From an uncultured delta proteobacterium (lineage in GTDB: Bacteria > Desulfobacterota > Binatia > UBA9968): a stretch of DNA of 64,000 bases. Of this stretch, positions 39,850 to 49,891 are shown piece after piece. Positions within the stretch are counted from its first letter, which is position 1. Every line of letters begins with the position of its first letter. The DNA is taken from assembly GCA_963771465.1 (NCBI GenBank), contig CAVYTU010000016.1:64001-128000 (forward strand), written 5' to 3'. Both the position numbers and the translations under genes were made by a program. The notes beneath the pieces are model-generated. The model saw only the letters and a list, made by a program, of their open reading frames with translations, ran no database searches and was not told the DNA's origin.

Positions 39850-40898
39850 TGACGAATGCGAGCGACGAAAAAGGGCCGCGCATAAGAAAATTCTCATTGG
39901 ATAAATCGGCGGCTATTCTGCTGCTCGCGATGATGTTCCCATGGGCCGGTCGAGCTGGGGCGCAATCGGCCTCGATCAAGCCGGAAAAGAAAAGTTTGGA
40001 GATCGCCGTGGCGGCGTTCGCGCATACGACGATGCCGCTGTTGATTGCGCATGAGGCGGGCTACTTCGCAAAACATGGGCTGACCGTGAACATCAGCGCG
40101 GTGAGCGCGGGTGTTGCGGTGCAGGGGCTGATTTCCGCAAAGATCGATATCTATCAGGGCGGGTCGGCGGCGATGATGGCGACGCTGGCCGGCGCGGATA
40201 TCATTTATGTCGGCGCCGGCGTCGACAAAAGCTCGCTAATGTTGTTCGGCCAAAAGGGGGTTACGAGTTTCGAAGCCCTGCGCGGTAAGACGGTGGCGAC
40301 CACGTCGCCCGGCGCTTTCGGCGAGATCGCCATGCGCATGACGGCTAGAAAAAACGGCATGGAGATTCCCAAGGACATCAAGTTGATGTTTCACGGCACG
40401 CCGGCGCAGGCGTTTTCGACTTTTACCTTGGGCAACGCCGATGGCATGATCAATACGCCGCCGCAAAGCGACATGGCCAAGCAGAAAGGCTTTCCGGTGA
40501 TTATCGATTTTTATAAAGAAGGATTGAAAATCATAGGTCCCGGCACCGCGGTGACGCGCGAGTTCAGCCAGAAAAATCCCAACACCATCAAAGCGTTTTT
40601 GATGGGACTCTTGGACGGGGTGAAACGAGCCATCGATGACGAAGAGTACGCTAGCAAGCTCGAATCGAAATATTCCAAAGTCACGGACGCCAAAATCCTC
40701 GCTGATAATTACCAACAAGGTTTACGCGTTTGGAACAAGGATATGACCATCGATCCGGCGGCGATCCGCGTTGTCCTTGATGACTCGCCGGATGGCAAGG
40801 GCAAAGGCGTCGATCCCAAACGATTCTACGACAATAGTTTCATCCAGGCGGTCAACCGCGATCACGCGTCGAAGCTGTTTCCGGGGGAAGTGAAGTAG
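39846..40898 (+). CDS. NMT1/SsuA-type solute-binding protein
   Basis: GYFAKHGL, LRGKTVATT; overlaps the previous stop. Confidence 0.85.
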   Translation: MMTNASDEKGPRIRKFSLDKSAAILLLAMMFPWAGRAGAQSASIKPEKKSLEIAVAAFAHTTMPLLIAHEAGYFAKHGLTVNISAVSAGVAVQGLISAKIDIYQGGSAAMMATLAGADIIYVGAGVDKSSLMLFGQKGVTSFEALRGKTVATTSPGAFGEIAMRMTARKNGMEIPKDIKLMFHGTPAQAFSTFTLGNADGMINTPPQSDMAKQKGFPVIIDFYKEGLKIIGPGTAVTREFSQKNPNTIKAFLMGLLDGVKRAIDDEEYASKLESKYSKVTDAKILADNYQQGLRVWNKDMTIDPAAIRVVLDDSPDGKGKGVDPKRFYDNSFIQAVNRDHASKLFPGEVK

Positions 40899-40904
40899 GA
40901 CGGA

Positions 40905-40998
40905 AGAAATCAGAGGTCGGATGTCGGAAGTCAGAAATCAGAAGTCAGAAGATCGATGCCGTTCGCGTACGATTCCACATTTCAAATTCCAGATTCCA
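40905..40998. repeat. Two degenerate heptamer tandem arrays
   Basis: 7 x RGADRTC-like units at 40905-40953; GATTCCA CATTTCA AATTCCA GATTCCA at 40971-40998. Confidence 0.8.
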
Positions 40999-41040
40999 AA
41001 AAGCGGCGGTTCTCGCCGCGTGTTGAAATAATTTGCCGGT

Positions 41041-41706
41041 CTAGTGGTGGCCGGGGCTTTCCCATACGCTCATGGCGGCGCGGCAGCACAGCGCGTCTTG
41101 CTCGGGCCGGCTCGAGCCGGCGACGCCGATGGCGCCGACGATGGTGACGCCGTTGAGAATGGGCACTGCGCCGGCCATCGGCAGAATCTTTCCACGATGG
41201 GAAATCAGCAGGCTTCTGAGTGACGGCTGGCGCGCTTGCGGCACCAGCGTCGCCGTCGCGACGTGAAACGCCGCGGCGGTATAAGCTTTGTCGAACGCGA
41301 GCTCGGCGCTGCGCGCCTCGGCTTTATCCATTTTCCCCACCGCTATCGGCGCGCCGGCTTCGTCGACGACCACGGCGGTGACCGCGACGCCGACCATCTG
41401 CGCATATTCGTGCGCCGATTGGATCATCGCCCAGGCGGTATCGAAGGGTACCGGGCCGATGGCCGCTTTGTTCTGACGAAAAAAAGCGGCGTTGACTTCG
41501 ATTGAGCCAGCGTGCTCGGCGGGTATGTCGACGTCCTTGAAGATCGCATCCACCGGGCAAACGATCTCGCACTGCTCACAGTCGATACAAACTTCCGGAT
41601 CGACGTAAAATTGCGGCGCGCCGGGCTTGGTGTGGATGCAAGCGACAGGGCAGACTTCGACGCAAGCGCCGTCGTTGGTGCACAGGCTAGTGATGATGTA
41701 AGGCAT
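41041..41706 (-). CDS. 7Fe-type ferredoxin fused to a GlcG/HbpS heme-binding domain
   Basis: CTNDGACVEVCP..CIDCEQCEIVCP; then VVVDEAG, AFDKAYTAA, GAIGVAGS..EQD. Confidence 0.85.
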   Translation of the reverse strand: MPYIITSLCTNDGACVEVCPVACIHTKPGAPQFYVDPEVCIDCEQCEIVCPVDAIFKDVDIPAEHAGSIEVNAAFFRQNKAAIGPVPFDTAWAMIQSAHEYAQMVGVAVTAVVVDEAGAPIAVGKMDKAEARSAELAFDKAYTAAAFHVATATLVPQARQPSLRSLLISHRGKILPMAGAVPILNGVTIVGAIGVAGSSRPEQDALCCRAAMSVWESPGHH

Positions 41707-41725
41707 GGGTCCTCGCCTCGCTTGG

Positions 41726-41760
41726 AATTTCAAATCTCAAATTGCAGATTTCATATCGCA
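41726..41760. repeat. Degenerate heptamer tandem array
   Basis: AATTTCA AATCTCA AATTGCA GATTTCA TATCGCA. Confidence 0.75.
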
Positions 41761-41765
41761 AAAAC

Positions 41766-42662
41766 TCATATCCCGCTACCGGTGCGCTTTAGCCTTGGAT
41801 CGAGCAGGTCGCGCAGTGCGTCGCCGAGCAGGTTGATGCCGAGCACGGTGATAAATATGCACAAGCCTGGAAAGAGCGGCAACCACCAGGCGGTGCTGAT
41901 GTAAATGCGCGCGTCGGCGAGCATGGTGCCCCAGGTGGGAATTTCCGGTGGCACGCCGACGCCGAGGAAACTCAGGCTCGCCTCAGCGATGATCGAGGAT
42001 GCCATGGCGAAGGTGCCGATGACAAGCGAGGTCTGGATGAGATTGGGAATGATGTGACGCGCGATGATTGTGAAATTGCCCGAACCCAGCGACTGCGCCG
42101 CGGTGACGAAGTCGCGCGAACGGAGCGACAGCGTTTGGGCGCGCACCACGCGGCAGTAGGGAATCCAGCGCTGCGCAACCAGCGCGAGGATCAAATTGAA
42201 AAGCCCTTGGCCGAGAAACGCCATAATCGTGATGCCGAGCAGAAGCGGCGGAAAGGCCCAGATGACTTCGACCAGTTTTTGGATGAGGAAATCGACTTTG
42301 CCGCCGAAGTAGCCGGAGATCGCGCCGAGGCTGATGCCGATCAAGCCGGAAACGAAAACGACGGCGAAGGCGACCATCAGCGAAACCCGCGAGCCGTGAA
42401 TCACCCGGCTGAAAATATCCCGGCCTAAATTGTCGGTGCCGAGCACGTGCAGCGTGCCGATGCCCTCGGGCGCTTTCATCATGGCGGTGAGCTCTTGTTT
42501 GTTCGGGTCGTGGGGCGCAAAAGCCGGTCCTAGGACGCCGACGAGGATGAAAGCGATCACGATCATGCCGCCGGTGCACGCTTTGACGTGGAGGCGCGGC
42601 AAAATCTGCGCCAGCGCGCTAGGACTTTTCTCAGTAACGGATTCGAGGGTCAACGACTGCAT
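41766..42662 (-). CDS. Dpp/Opp ABC permease C
   Basis: LGTDNLGRD, EASLSFLG, NLLGDALRD. Confidence 0.92.
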   Translation of the reverse strand: MQSLTLESVTEKSPSALAQILPRLHVKACTGGMIVIAFILVGVLGPAFAPHDPNKQELTAMMKAPEGIGTLHVLGTDNLGRDIFSRVIHGSRVSLMVAFAVVFVSGLIGISLGAISGYFGGKVDFLIQKLVEVIWAFPPLLLGITIMAFLGQGLFNLILALVAQRWIPYCRVVRAQTLSLRSRDFVTAAQSLGSGNFTIIARHIIPNLIQTSLVIGTFAMASSIIAEASLSFLGVGVPPEIPTWGTMLADARIYISTAWWLPLFPGLCIFITVLGINLLGDALRDLLDPRLKRTGSGI

Positions 42663-43632
42663 AAAGTCCATCGATAATTAAGTTTATCACGACAAACGCC
42701 GTGGTGTAGGTCATGACCAACCCGGTGACGAGCGGATAATCGCGCGCATTGAGCGCGGTAATGAGCAAGCTGCCGCCGCCCGGCCAGGCAAAGACAGTTT
42801 CGACGATGATCGAACCGCTGAGCAGTGTGCCGAGCTCCAAGCCGACGACCGTAATGACCGGGATGAGCGCGTTGCTCGCGACGTGGCGCCAGACGACTTT
42901 TTTTTCGCGCAGGCCTTTGGCACGTGCAGTGCGCACGTAGTCTTCGCTCATCACCTCCAAGATCGACGAGCGGGTGACGCGCATCAAGATACCGAGCATG
43001 TTGACGCCGAGCGCGAGGGCCGGCAGAAACAGGTGAGTCAACGCGTCCCAGACAGCCGGCCAGTTTTTTTGCATAACGCTGTCGAAAATGTAGAAACCGG
43101 TTTGTTCCGGCCCGGCGATGCCATAGGTGCTGCGACCGGAGGTTGGCAAGATATTCAAGACGCCGGCGAGCAGCAGGATCAACATGATCGCCAGCCAAAA
43201 ACTCGGCATGCTGATGCCGAACAAACCACAAGTGGTGCCGAGATTGTCGATCCACGAGTTGGGCCGAGCTCCGGCCCAAACACCTAGCGGAATCGCTAGC
43301 AGCGTCGCGATGCATATCGCGAAGATCGCCAGCTCAATGGTTGCCGGCAGACGGGTGCGAATGACATGGGTGACGGGTTCGGCATATTTGAAAGATTTAC
43401 CGAAATCTCCGGCGGCGACAGATTTCAAAAATTTCCAATACTGCACATAAAGCGGTTGGTCCAAACCCCAGCGCTCTTTGGCTTTGGCGACTTCCGCTGC
43501 ATTGGTCTCCTCGCCCAAAAGCATCAAAGTGGGATCTCCGGGAGCCGCGTGAATCAAAAGAAATACCAGCAGGCTGATAAGAAGAAGAACGGGAATAGTT
43601 CCGGCGAGCCGTTGAAGGAGATAGCTGGCCAT
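42631..43632 (-). CDS. Dpp/Opp ABC permease B
   Basis: APGDP, DYVRTARAKG, ETVFAWPG, DPRIR. Confidence 0.92.
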   Translation of the reverse strand: MASYLLQRLAGTIPVLLLISLLVFLLIHAAPGDPTLMLLGEETNAAEVAKAKERWGLDQPLYVQYWKFLKSVAAGDFGKSFKYAEPVTHVIRTRLPATIELAIFAICIATLLAIPLGVWAGARPNSWIDNLGTTCGLFGISMPSFWLAIMLILLLAGVLNILPTSGRSTYGIAGPEQTGFYIFDSVMQKNWPAVWDALTHLFLPALALGVNMLGILMRVTRSSILEVMSEDYVRTARAKGLREKKVVWRHVASNALIPVITVVGLELGTLLSGSIIVETVFAWPGGGSLLITALNARDYPLVTGLVMTYTTAFVVINLIIDGLYAVVDPRIRY

Positions 43633-43657
43633 GGCGAAGTTTTGGTTCAATCTCAGC

Positions 43658-43716
43658 TGGAGTAATGGAATGTTGGAGTATTGGATCTGTTCATCACTCC
43701 ATCACTCCAATCTCCA
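43658..43716. repeat. Inverted pair of octamer arrays (hairpin)
   Basis: TGGAGTAA TGGAATGT TGGAGTAT facing TCATCACT CCATCACT CCAATCTCCA. Confidence 0.8.
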
Positions 43717-43722
43717 CGTCTG

Positions 43723-45249
43723 TCAGCGCCGCACCGCCATCTCGATCGCATACACTCGGGAATCCGGCAGTGGCGCGTAGTCGACTTTTTTATTCAAACC
43801 CCAGAGCAGCTTGTGGCGCCACATGAAACAGGCCGGCGCGTCCTCAGTGAGGATGCTCATCGCCTGGGACAGATATTGGCGGCGTTTCTTGGGATCGAAC
43901 TCCTGTTGTTCTTTGTCGAGGATCTCATCGAGCTTAGGATTGGAGTAGCCGATGCGCGGCGTTTCGCCGCTGTGAAAATATTGGTGTAACGCTGCGCTCG
44001 GGTCCTGCACCGAGCCGCGGCCCATATAATAGAAGGGGATCGTGCCCTTTTGCACGCTAGCCCAAAGCGTCGCCCATTCCGGCGTGAGCAATTTGGCGCG
44101 GAAGCCGGCGCTATTGAGCATCGGCACGATGGCTTCGGATATCTGCTTATCTAAAGTGTAGCGGCCCACCGGGGTTTGCAGTTCGATATCGACACCGCCG
44201 GCGAAACCCGCCTGGGCGAGGAGCTTTTTCGATTTCTCCGGATCGTAGTTTAACTTCGGTTTCAAATTCGGGTCGTAACCGTATTGTCCGGGGCCCAGCG
44301 GGCCATCGAGTCGGCTGGCGAAACCTTCGAGCAGAGTGGCGATGATCTGATCGCGATTGATCGCGTGGCAAACTGCCTGGCGCACCTCTTTCTTGTCGAA
44401 TGGCGGCTTGGGTTGCATCGCCAGAAACATGATCTCGACGGAGTCTACCGGGTTTATTTTGAGATTGTTATTTTTCTCGACTCGCTGGCGCATATGCGGC
44501 GGCACGAATTGGCCGATCTGGATCTCGTCATTCAATAACGCCGTCACGCGCTGTTCCGGTTCGCGCATGACCCGATAGACGACTTCATCGGGCGCGCGCG
44601 GATTTTTTTTCGCCTCGGGGTGGTTGGGATTTTTCGCGATGACGAGGCGCTGTCCTGGGATCAGCTCCTTTAAGCGGTAAGGACCGGCCCCAAGCATATG
44701 TTCCTTGTCGGCTACGTCGCGGCCGTATTTATCGAACACCGCCTTGCTGGTAATGATCAAACGGTCGCACAGAAACGATAGCAGCGGCGCCGTGGGTTTG
44801 TCCGTCGTAATCTTGACCGTGAACTTGTCGACGGCTTCGGCGTTGACCACCGACGGCGCGACGGAAGCTTTCTGTTTCGATTGCGGGTCCTTGATGACTC
44901 GGGTCATGATCGAATGAACCACGTCCTCGGCGCTCACGGCGGAGCCGTCGTTAAACTTGTAATTCTTATTCAAATAGAAAAGCCAAGTAGTCGGGTTCTC
45001 GGTTTTCCATTTTTCCGCAAGCCGGCCTTCGAAGTCTCCTTTGGTGTAATTGTAGGTGCAGAACGGCCCGGTGACCTCGCTCCAGATGCCGTACAGGAGC
45101 GAAACGCTGTCGCCGTAGGGATTATGGGTCTCGATAGTTTCGGTGACGCCGACAGTGATGCGGGTCTGGGAGCTGGCGACGTTGACGCTGCCTGCGAACA
45201 TAGCAAGTGCTAAAAAACCGAGCAACGATATTTTCACTCGGTAGAACAT
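43723..45249 (-). CDS. Family 5 (peptide/nickel) solute-binding protein
   Basis: FNDGSAVSAEDV, GAGPY, VRQAVCHAINR, YDPEKSKKLLAQAG. Confidence 0.9.
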   Translation of the reverse strand: MFYRVKISLLGFLALAMFAGSVNVASSQTRITVGVTETIETHNPYGDSVSLLYGIWSEVTGPFCTYNYTKGDFEGRLAEKWKTENPTTWLFYLNKNYKFNDGSAVSAEDVVHSIMTRVIKDPQSKQKASVAPSVVNAEAVDKFTVKITTDKPTAPLLSFLCDRLIITSKAVFDKYGRDVADKEHMLGAGPYRLKELIPGQRLVIAKNPNHPEAKKNPRAPDEVVYRVMREPEQRVTALLNDEIQIGQFVPPHMRQRVEKNNNLKINPVDSVEIMFLAMQPKPPFDKKEVRQAVCHAINRDQIIATLLEGFASRLDGPLGPGQYGYDPNLKPKLNYDPEKSKKLLAQAGFAGGVDIELQTPVGRYTLDKQISEAIVPMLNSAGFRAKLLTPEWATLWASVQKGTIPFYYMGRGSVQDPSAALHQYFHSGETPRIGYSNPKLDEILDKEQQEFDPKKRRQYLSQAMSILTEDAPACFMWRHKLLWGLNKKVDYAPLPDSRVYAIEMAVRR

Positions 45250-45442
45250 GTGATCCTCCGAAATTGTGATTGGGTTTACGCCATTCGCTGCGAAATCTTT
45301 TACAGCTCCAATCTGTCTTGTCAAGGCGAAGTTTTTGTGTTGAAAGTGCGTGGGCACTGATGCTAATCGTTACTCTGCGAAGGCCGATGAGCGACGATTA
45401 GCCGAGGGCCGCACCGGCGGCTGAGCCGAAGGAGAGCAAGCG

Positions 45443-46594
45443 ATGGCGAGAGACGGATTCAAGATTCTCGATAGCGACATGCATGTGTTCGAGCCCCATG
45501 ATCTCTATTTAAATTACATGAATCCGAAATGGGGCGGGCGCATTCCGCGCGGCCAACCGCGCAAAAAGCATGGTCAGATCAAGTTTACGCTTGCCGACGG
45601 CAAGCCGCTGCGACCGTCTGGTACGCAAGCACTGGCAAACACTTCGCCCAAACCTCATGTTGATGAAAGCTCGCCGGGCGAATCCCAAGTCGCCAACCGT
45701 TACGCCAAGCCGCTGCAACGTGATTACGACGCGATCTCACAATTGGCGGCGATGGACGAAGAAGGTTTGGACGTAGCGGTTTTGTTTCGCACCTTTCCGC
45801 TGCACTGCGACGATAGTTTGGAGCCGGAATATGCCAACGATCTTTGCCGCGCCTGGAATAACTGGATGGCGGATTTCTGCAAGGCCGATCCAAAGCGGCT
45901 ACGACCGTCGGCGCTGATCACGCTGCATGATGTCGATCTGGCTGTGGACGAGACGCGGCGCGCGATCACCGACTTAGGCGCCATTGGTTTGTGCTTGGTC
46001 CCCGAGCCGGCCAATGGCCGGCATATTCACGATCGCTACTACGATCCGGTCTGGCGCGAAGCGGAAACACTCGGCGTGCCGATCTGTTTTCATCCGGCGG
46101 CGAGTCCGAACACCGAGCAAGTGGTGCACCGTTTCAAAGGACACAGTAACGAGGCGGTGTTGATCAATGCCTTTCGCAATCCCATCGAGCTCATGCTCGC
46201 CGTCGGCAGTTTCTGCGCCGGCGGGGTGCTCGAGCGATTTCCCAAACTACGCGTGGCTTTTCTCGAAGGCAACTGCGGCTGGCTGCCCTGGGCGCTGTAT
46301 CGTTTAGACGAACGCTGGGAGATGCGCAAAGATTATTGCAACGAGCCGATGAGCTTACGGCCGAGCGATTATTTCTTGCGTCAGTGTTTCATCTCAGTGG
46401 ATGTCGAAGAAGATTTGGTCGGCGATGTTGTTAAACGAATCGGTGACAATAACGTCGTCATTTCCACTGACTATCCCCACGCGGACTCGCACTGGCCGGA
46501 CGCGGTCAATCATTTTATGGTGATGGAGATGCCGACCGGCGCGCGCAAGAAAATCCTTTGGGACAACTGCGCGCGGCTGTATGGCGTGGAATAA
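45443..46594 (+). CDS. Amidohydrolase_2 family protein
   Basis: DSDMH, MDEEGLD, LEGNCGW, STDYPH. Confidence 0.9.
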   Translation: MARDGFKILDSDMHVFEPHDLYLNYMNPKWGGRIPRGQPRKKHGQIKFTLADGKPLRPSGTQALANTSPKPHVDESSPGESQVANRYAKPLQRDYDAISQLAAMDEEGLDVAVLFRTFPLHCDDSLEPEYANDLCRAWNNWMADFCKADPKRLRPSALITLHDVDLAVDETRRAITDLGAIGLCLVPEPANGRHIHDRYYDPVWREAETLGVPICFHPAASPNTEQVVHRFKGHSNEAVLINAFRNPIELMLAVGSFCAGGVLERFPKLRVAFLEGNCGWLPWALYRLDERWEMRKDYCNEPMSLRPSDYFLRQCFISVDVEEDLVGDVVKRIGDNNVVISTDYPHADSHWPDAVNHFMVMEMPTGARKKILWDNCARLYGVE

Positions 46595-46689
46595 AAAGTT
46601 CACATAGACAAATCACTCGATCATCGGTCTCCAAATCTTTACGTTGTGCTCTTTGTAGTTAATCGAATCTTAGAAGGAGCAAAGACATC

Positions 46690-47619
46690 ATGGCGACTCA
46701 TTTACCCTGCGGCATCGAACTGCCGCAGGTTTTTTTCGACGGGCCGACGGATATGGAGCATATCCGCAAGTTTGCTACGCGAGCGGAGACGCTCGGTTTC
46801 GATAGTCTTTGGCTGCAAGAGCGGATCATTGGCGACTTCATCATGCTCGAGCCGGTGACGCTGCTCAGTTATGTCGCGGCGATTACGACCAAAATAAAAT
46901 TGGGCACGTCGGTGATTCTTTTGCCGCTGCGCAATCCACTTCAATTGGCTAAAGCGTATTCCACGCTCGACGTGATGAGCGGCGGTCGCGCGATCATGGG
47001 CGTCGGTCTCGGCGGCGGCCATCTCGGTTCGCACGAGGAAGTCTTTGGCTACACGCGCGCAGGGCGGGTGACGCGCTTTAGCGAAGCGGTGCAGATCATG
47101 AAACTTTTGTGGACTGAGCCGAAAGCGCGTTTTCACGGGCGTTATTGGGATTTCGATAACGTCGCGATGGAGCCCAAGCCGATGCAGAAGCCACATTTGC
47201 CGATCATCTTTGGCGGTCATCATGAGAATGCCCTGCGCCGCGCCGTGAAATACGCCGATGGCTGGATGGGCGCGGGCTCGTCGTCTGCGGCATCGTTCGC
47301 TCGCGAGTCGGCGCGGATTCGCGACATGCTCACGGAAGCGAAACGCGATCCGGCGACGTTCCATTTCGCCAAACGGGTTTACATGGCGGTCGACAACGAC
47401 GAAGCGCGCGGCGAACGGCGTATACGCGAATGGTTCGGTGGCCGCTACAAAAACGCTGATCTGGGTCCCAAAGTTTCGATCTGGGGCAGCGTCGCCAAGT
47501 GTACGGAGCAAATTCAAGCGATCGTCAAAGCCGGCGCGCAGCAGGTCGTCTTCAATCCGATGTTCGACGAAGCCGAGCATGTGGAAATCTGTGCCAAGGA
47601 GATCATGCCGCATTTGTGA
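46690..47619 (+). CDS. LLM-class flavin/F420-dependent oxidoreductase
   Basis: GFDSLW, KLGTSV, LDVMSGGR, PKPMQKP, YADGW. Confidence 0.9.
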   Translation: MATHLPCGIELPQVFFDGPTDMEHIRKFATRAETLGFDSLWLQERIIGDFIMLEPVTLLSYVAAITTKIKLGTSVILLPLRNPLQLAKAYSTLDVMSGGRAIMGVGLGGGHLGSHEEVFGYTRAGRVTRFSEAVQIMKLLWTEPKARFHGRYWDFDNVAMEPKPMQKPHLPIIFGGHHENALRRAVKYADGWMGAGSSSAASFARESARIRDMLTEAKRDPATFHFAKRVYMAVDNDEARGERRIREWFGGRYKNADLGPKVSIWGSVAKCTEQIQAIVKAGAQQVVFNPMFDEAEHVEICAKEIMPHL

Positions 47620-47696
47620 TGGGTTTAAGCGTGCAGGCTGAACACGGGCAAGTCGCGTTTCAATGTCTCGTCACAGAAAGGCGAGAGAGTTTCGAA

Positions 47697-47816
47697 CTGC
47701 CGGACCGTCGTGAAGCTTTACGAAGAGCGATGCGGCAGAATGTTTTGGGTGACGGCCCCGACGGGCCGTTTACACTTCAGGCTAAAGCGTGGGCGGTGCG
47801 CGGAGTTGTACCCTAA
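47697..47816 (+). pseudogene. Orphan C-terminal fragment of a class I methyltransferase
   Basis: RREALRRAMRQNVLGDGPDGPFTLQAKAWAVRGVVP*, resembles typical MTase C-termini; no credible start. Confidence 0.45.
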
Positions 47817-47870
47817 ATTTAGAACCTTACCGCCTCAATTTGATTTGTCTGGGCGTGAGGAGAATTGCCA

Positions 47871-48710
47871 ATGACTGATGAAGGGAACCGAAAGCGCGAA
47901 GAAAGCCTGCGCGTATTCAGCCAAGCTGCCACCATTTATGACCGGATCGGGCCGGGAATATTCTCTCACTTCGGTCAACGGCTTGTGGAAGTTGGCGAAA
48001 TTATCGCCGGAACCAATGTGCTCGACGTAGCGGCAGGGAGAGGCGCGTTGCTATTTCCGGCGGCAGCGAAAGTCGGAGCTAATGGTTACGTTACAGGTAT
48101 CGACTTTTCACCGGATATGGTGCGGGAGACGGCTAAAGATATCGAGAGCCGGAAGCTGAATCACGCTGAAATCCGCCAGATGGATGCGGAACAAATGAAC
48201 TTTGCCGATGCGTCCTTTGACTGGGTCCTGTGTGGCTTTGCGCTTTGGATGTTCGCCGATCCTGTGCGGGTTCTGCAAGGATTTCACCGCGTGCTCAAGG
48301 GCGGCGGGCGCGTTGCGCTTAGCACCTGGGCCGCGGACAATCCGTCCCAAACTTGGTGTAATGAAGTGCTTCGACCCTTTGTGTTTGCACCGGCGGCAAA
48401 GAACTTGCCTGCGAAAATCGATGTTAGATTTGACACGCCGTTGCAGATCGAAACCGCGCTACAACAAGCTGGTTTTAAGCACGTCCGAATCACCGTCGAA
48501 GAAAAAGAATTCATCTACGCCGATGAGGAACAGTATTGGTCGTCCCTATGGTCAGCTGGATTCCGCCGGCAACTGGAGAAAATCACACCGGAACTCCTCG
48601 AACAGGCAAAGAGTGAAGTGTTTCGAGAATTACAAACGGTGAAAAAGCCCGATGGATTTCACAAAGTGAATCGCGCTCTATTAGCATTCGGTGCAAAGCC
48701 GATTTTGTGA
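47871..48710 (+). CDS. Class I SAM-dependent methyltransferase
   Basis: VLDVAAGRG, GIDFS, DAEQM.F.DASFD, RVLKGGG. Confidence 0.9.
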   Translation: MTDEGNRKREESLRVFSQAATIYDRIGPGIFSHFGQRLVEVGEIIAGTNVLDVAAGRGALLFPAAAKVGANGYVTGIDFSPDMVRETAKDIESRKLNHAEIRQMDAEQMNFADASFDWVLCGFALWMFADPVRVLQGFHRVLKGGGRVALSTWAADNPSQTWCNEVLRPFVFAPAAKNLPAKIDVRFDTPLQIETALQQAGFKHVRITVEEKEFIYADEEQYWSSLWSAGFRRQLEKITPELLEQAKSEVFRELQTVKKPDGFHKVNRALLAFGAKPIL

Positions 48711-48822
48711 CGTGATGCGGTGTCTTTACTCAGTCTTGTTTGGCATGAATGTGGTGGAGACGGTTTCGCGTGTCTTCGAGAAGCGCAGACACGCCTGGCC
48801 GGAGCAATTGAGAGGTTAACCC

Positions 48823-49773
48823 GTGAAAGAAACTTTACAGGCGTTAGCGATGGTTTTTCTACTTCACCCAACACTCCATGCGGCGGACAAGATTAGGATC
48901 GGGTTTCCGGAATTTAACTCTTCGACATTTACTCTGCCCTTGGCGCAGATCAAAGGTTTTTTTCACGAAGAAGGGTTGCAAGCGGAGCTGATCAGGATTC
49001 GTTCGGCGGTGGCGCTGCCGGCGCTGACTAGCGGGGAAATCGACTATCACACTGTCGTCAGTCCCGCAGTCAACGCGGCGCTGCGCGGTATTCCGGTCAG
49101 GGTCGTTGCTTGTTTCACACCGGGACTTACCACCGCGATCATCGCACGCCCCGAGATTAAGTCGATTCAGGAACTCCGAGGCAAGACCATAGGGCTCAAC
49201 AGCATCGGCGGCGGGCTCGAAAGCACGGTACGCATGATGTTGAAGCACTATGGACTCGATCCCGACAAGGATGTCAAATTTCTCGCCACGGGAGGAGTCG
49301 AGACGCGCTTTGCTGCGTTAAAACAAGGATTGACAGTCGCGACGGCGGGATCGACTCCGGTCGACTATCTCGGCAAGAAATTTGGTTACGTGGTGCTTGC
49401 CCGAGCTTACGATCTGTTCAGTTATCCGAACACCGGGCTGGTGGCGAGCGTGAAAAAAATCAAAGAAACCCCCGATCAGCTCAAGCGCGTGATCAGAGCC
49501 GGCATCAAGGCCAATCGCTACCTGCTGCAGAATCGCGACGGAACTATTCAAGTCATGATGCAGTGGATGAGAATCGACAAGGACACAGCGACGGCCACCT
49601 ACGACGGCTCGGTGAAATCATTCAATGACGATGGCAGCGTGTCCGAAGCGGGTCTGCGCATCGCCATCGACGAAGCGCGCAAGGCCGCGAATATCAGCCG
49701 CGAGGTTGCGGTCAACGAAGTCGCGGATTTTTCGATGCTTCGTGAAGCGCAGCGGGAGTTGGGAGTGAAGTGA
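48823..49773 (+). CDS. NMT1/SsuA-type solute-binding protein
   Basis: GFFHEEGL, LRGKTIG, YGLDPDKDV. Confidence 0.85.
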   Translation: MKETLQALAMVFLLHPTLHAADKIRIGFPEFNSSTFTLPLAQIKGFFHEEGLQAELIRIRSAVALPALTSGEIDYHTVVSPAVNAALRGIPVRVVACFTPGLTTAIIARPEIKSIQELRGKTIGLNSIGGGLESTVRMMLKHYGLDPDKDVKFLATGGVETRFAALKQGLTVATAGSTPVDYLGKKFGYVVLARAYDLFSYPNTGLVASVKKIKETPDQLKRVIRAGIKANRYLLQNRDGTIQVMMQWMRIDKDTATATYDGSVKSFNDDGSVSEAGLRIAIDEARKAANISREVAVNEVADFSMLREAQRELGVK

Positions 49774-49891
49774 GTTTGGATTGTCACTTTTTCGATTCCG
49801 CTCGCGGCAAGTTTTGGATGGGATCGAAGAGTGCCAGGTTAACGTTCACTTGAGTCAGAAGAATTACAGTCGGTAAAAAAGGGAGGGACGT

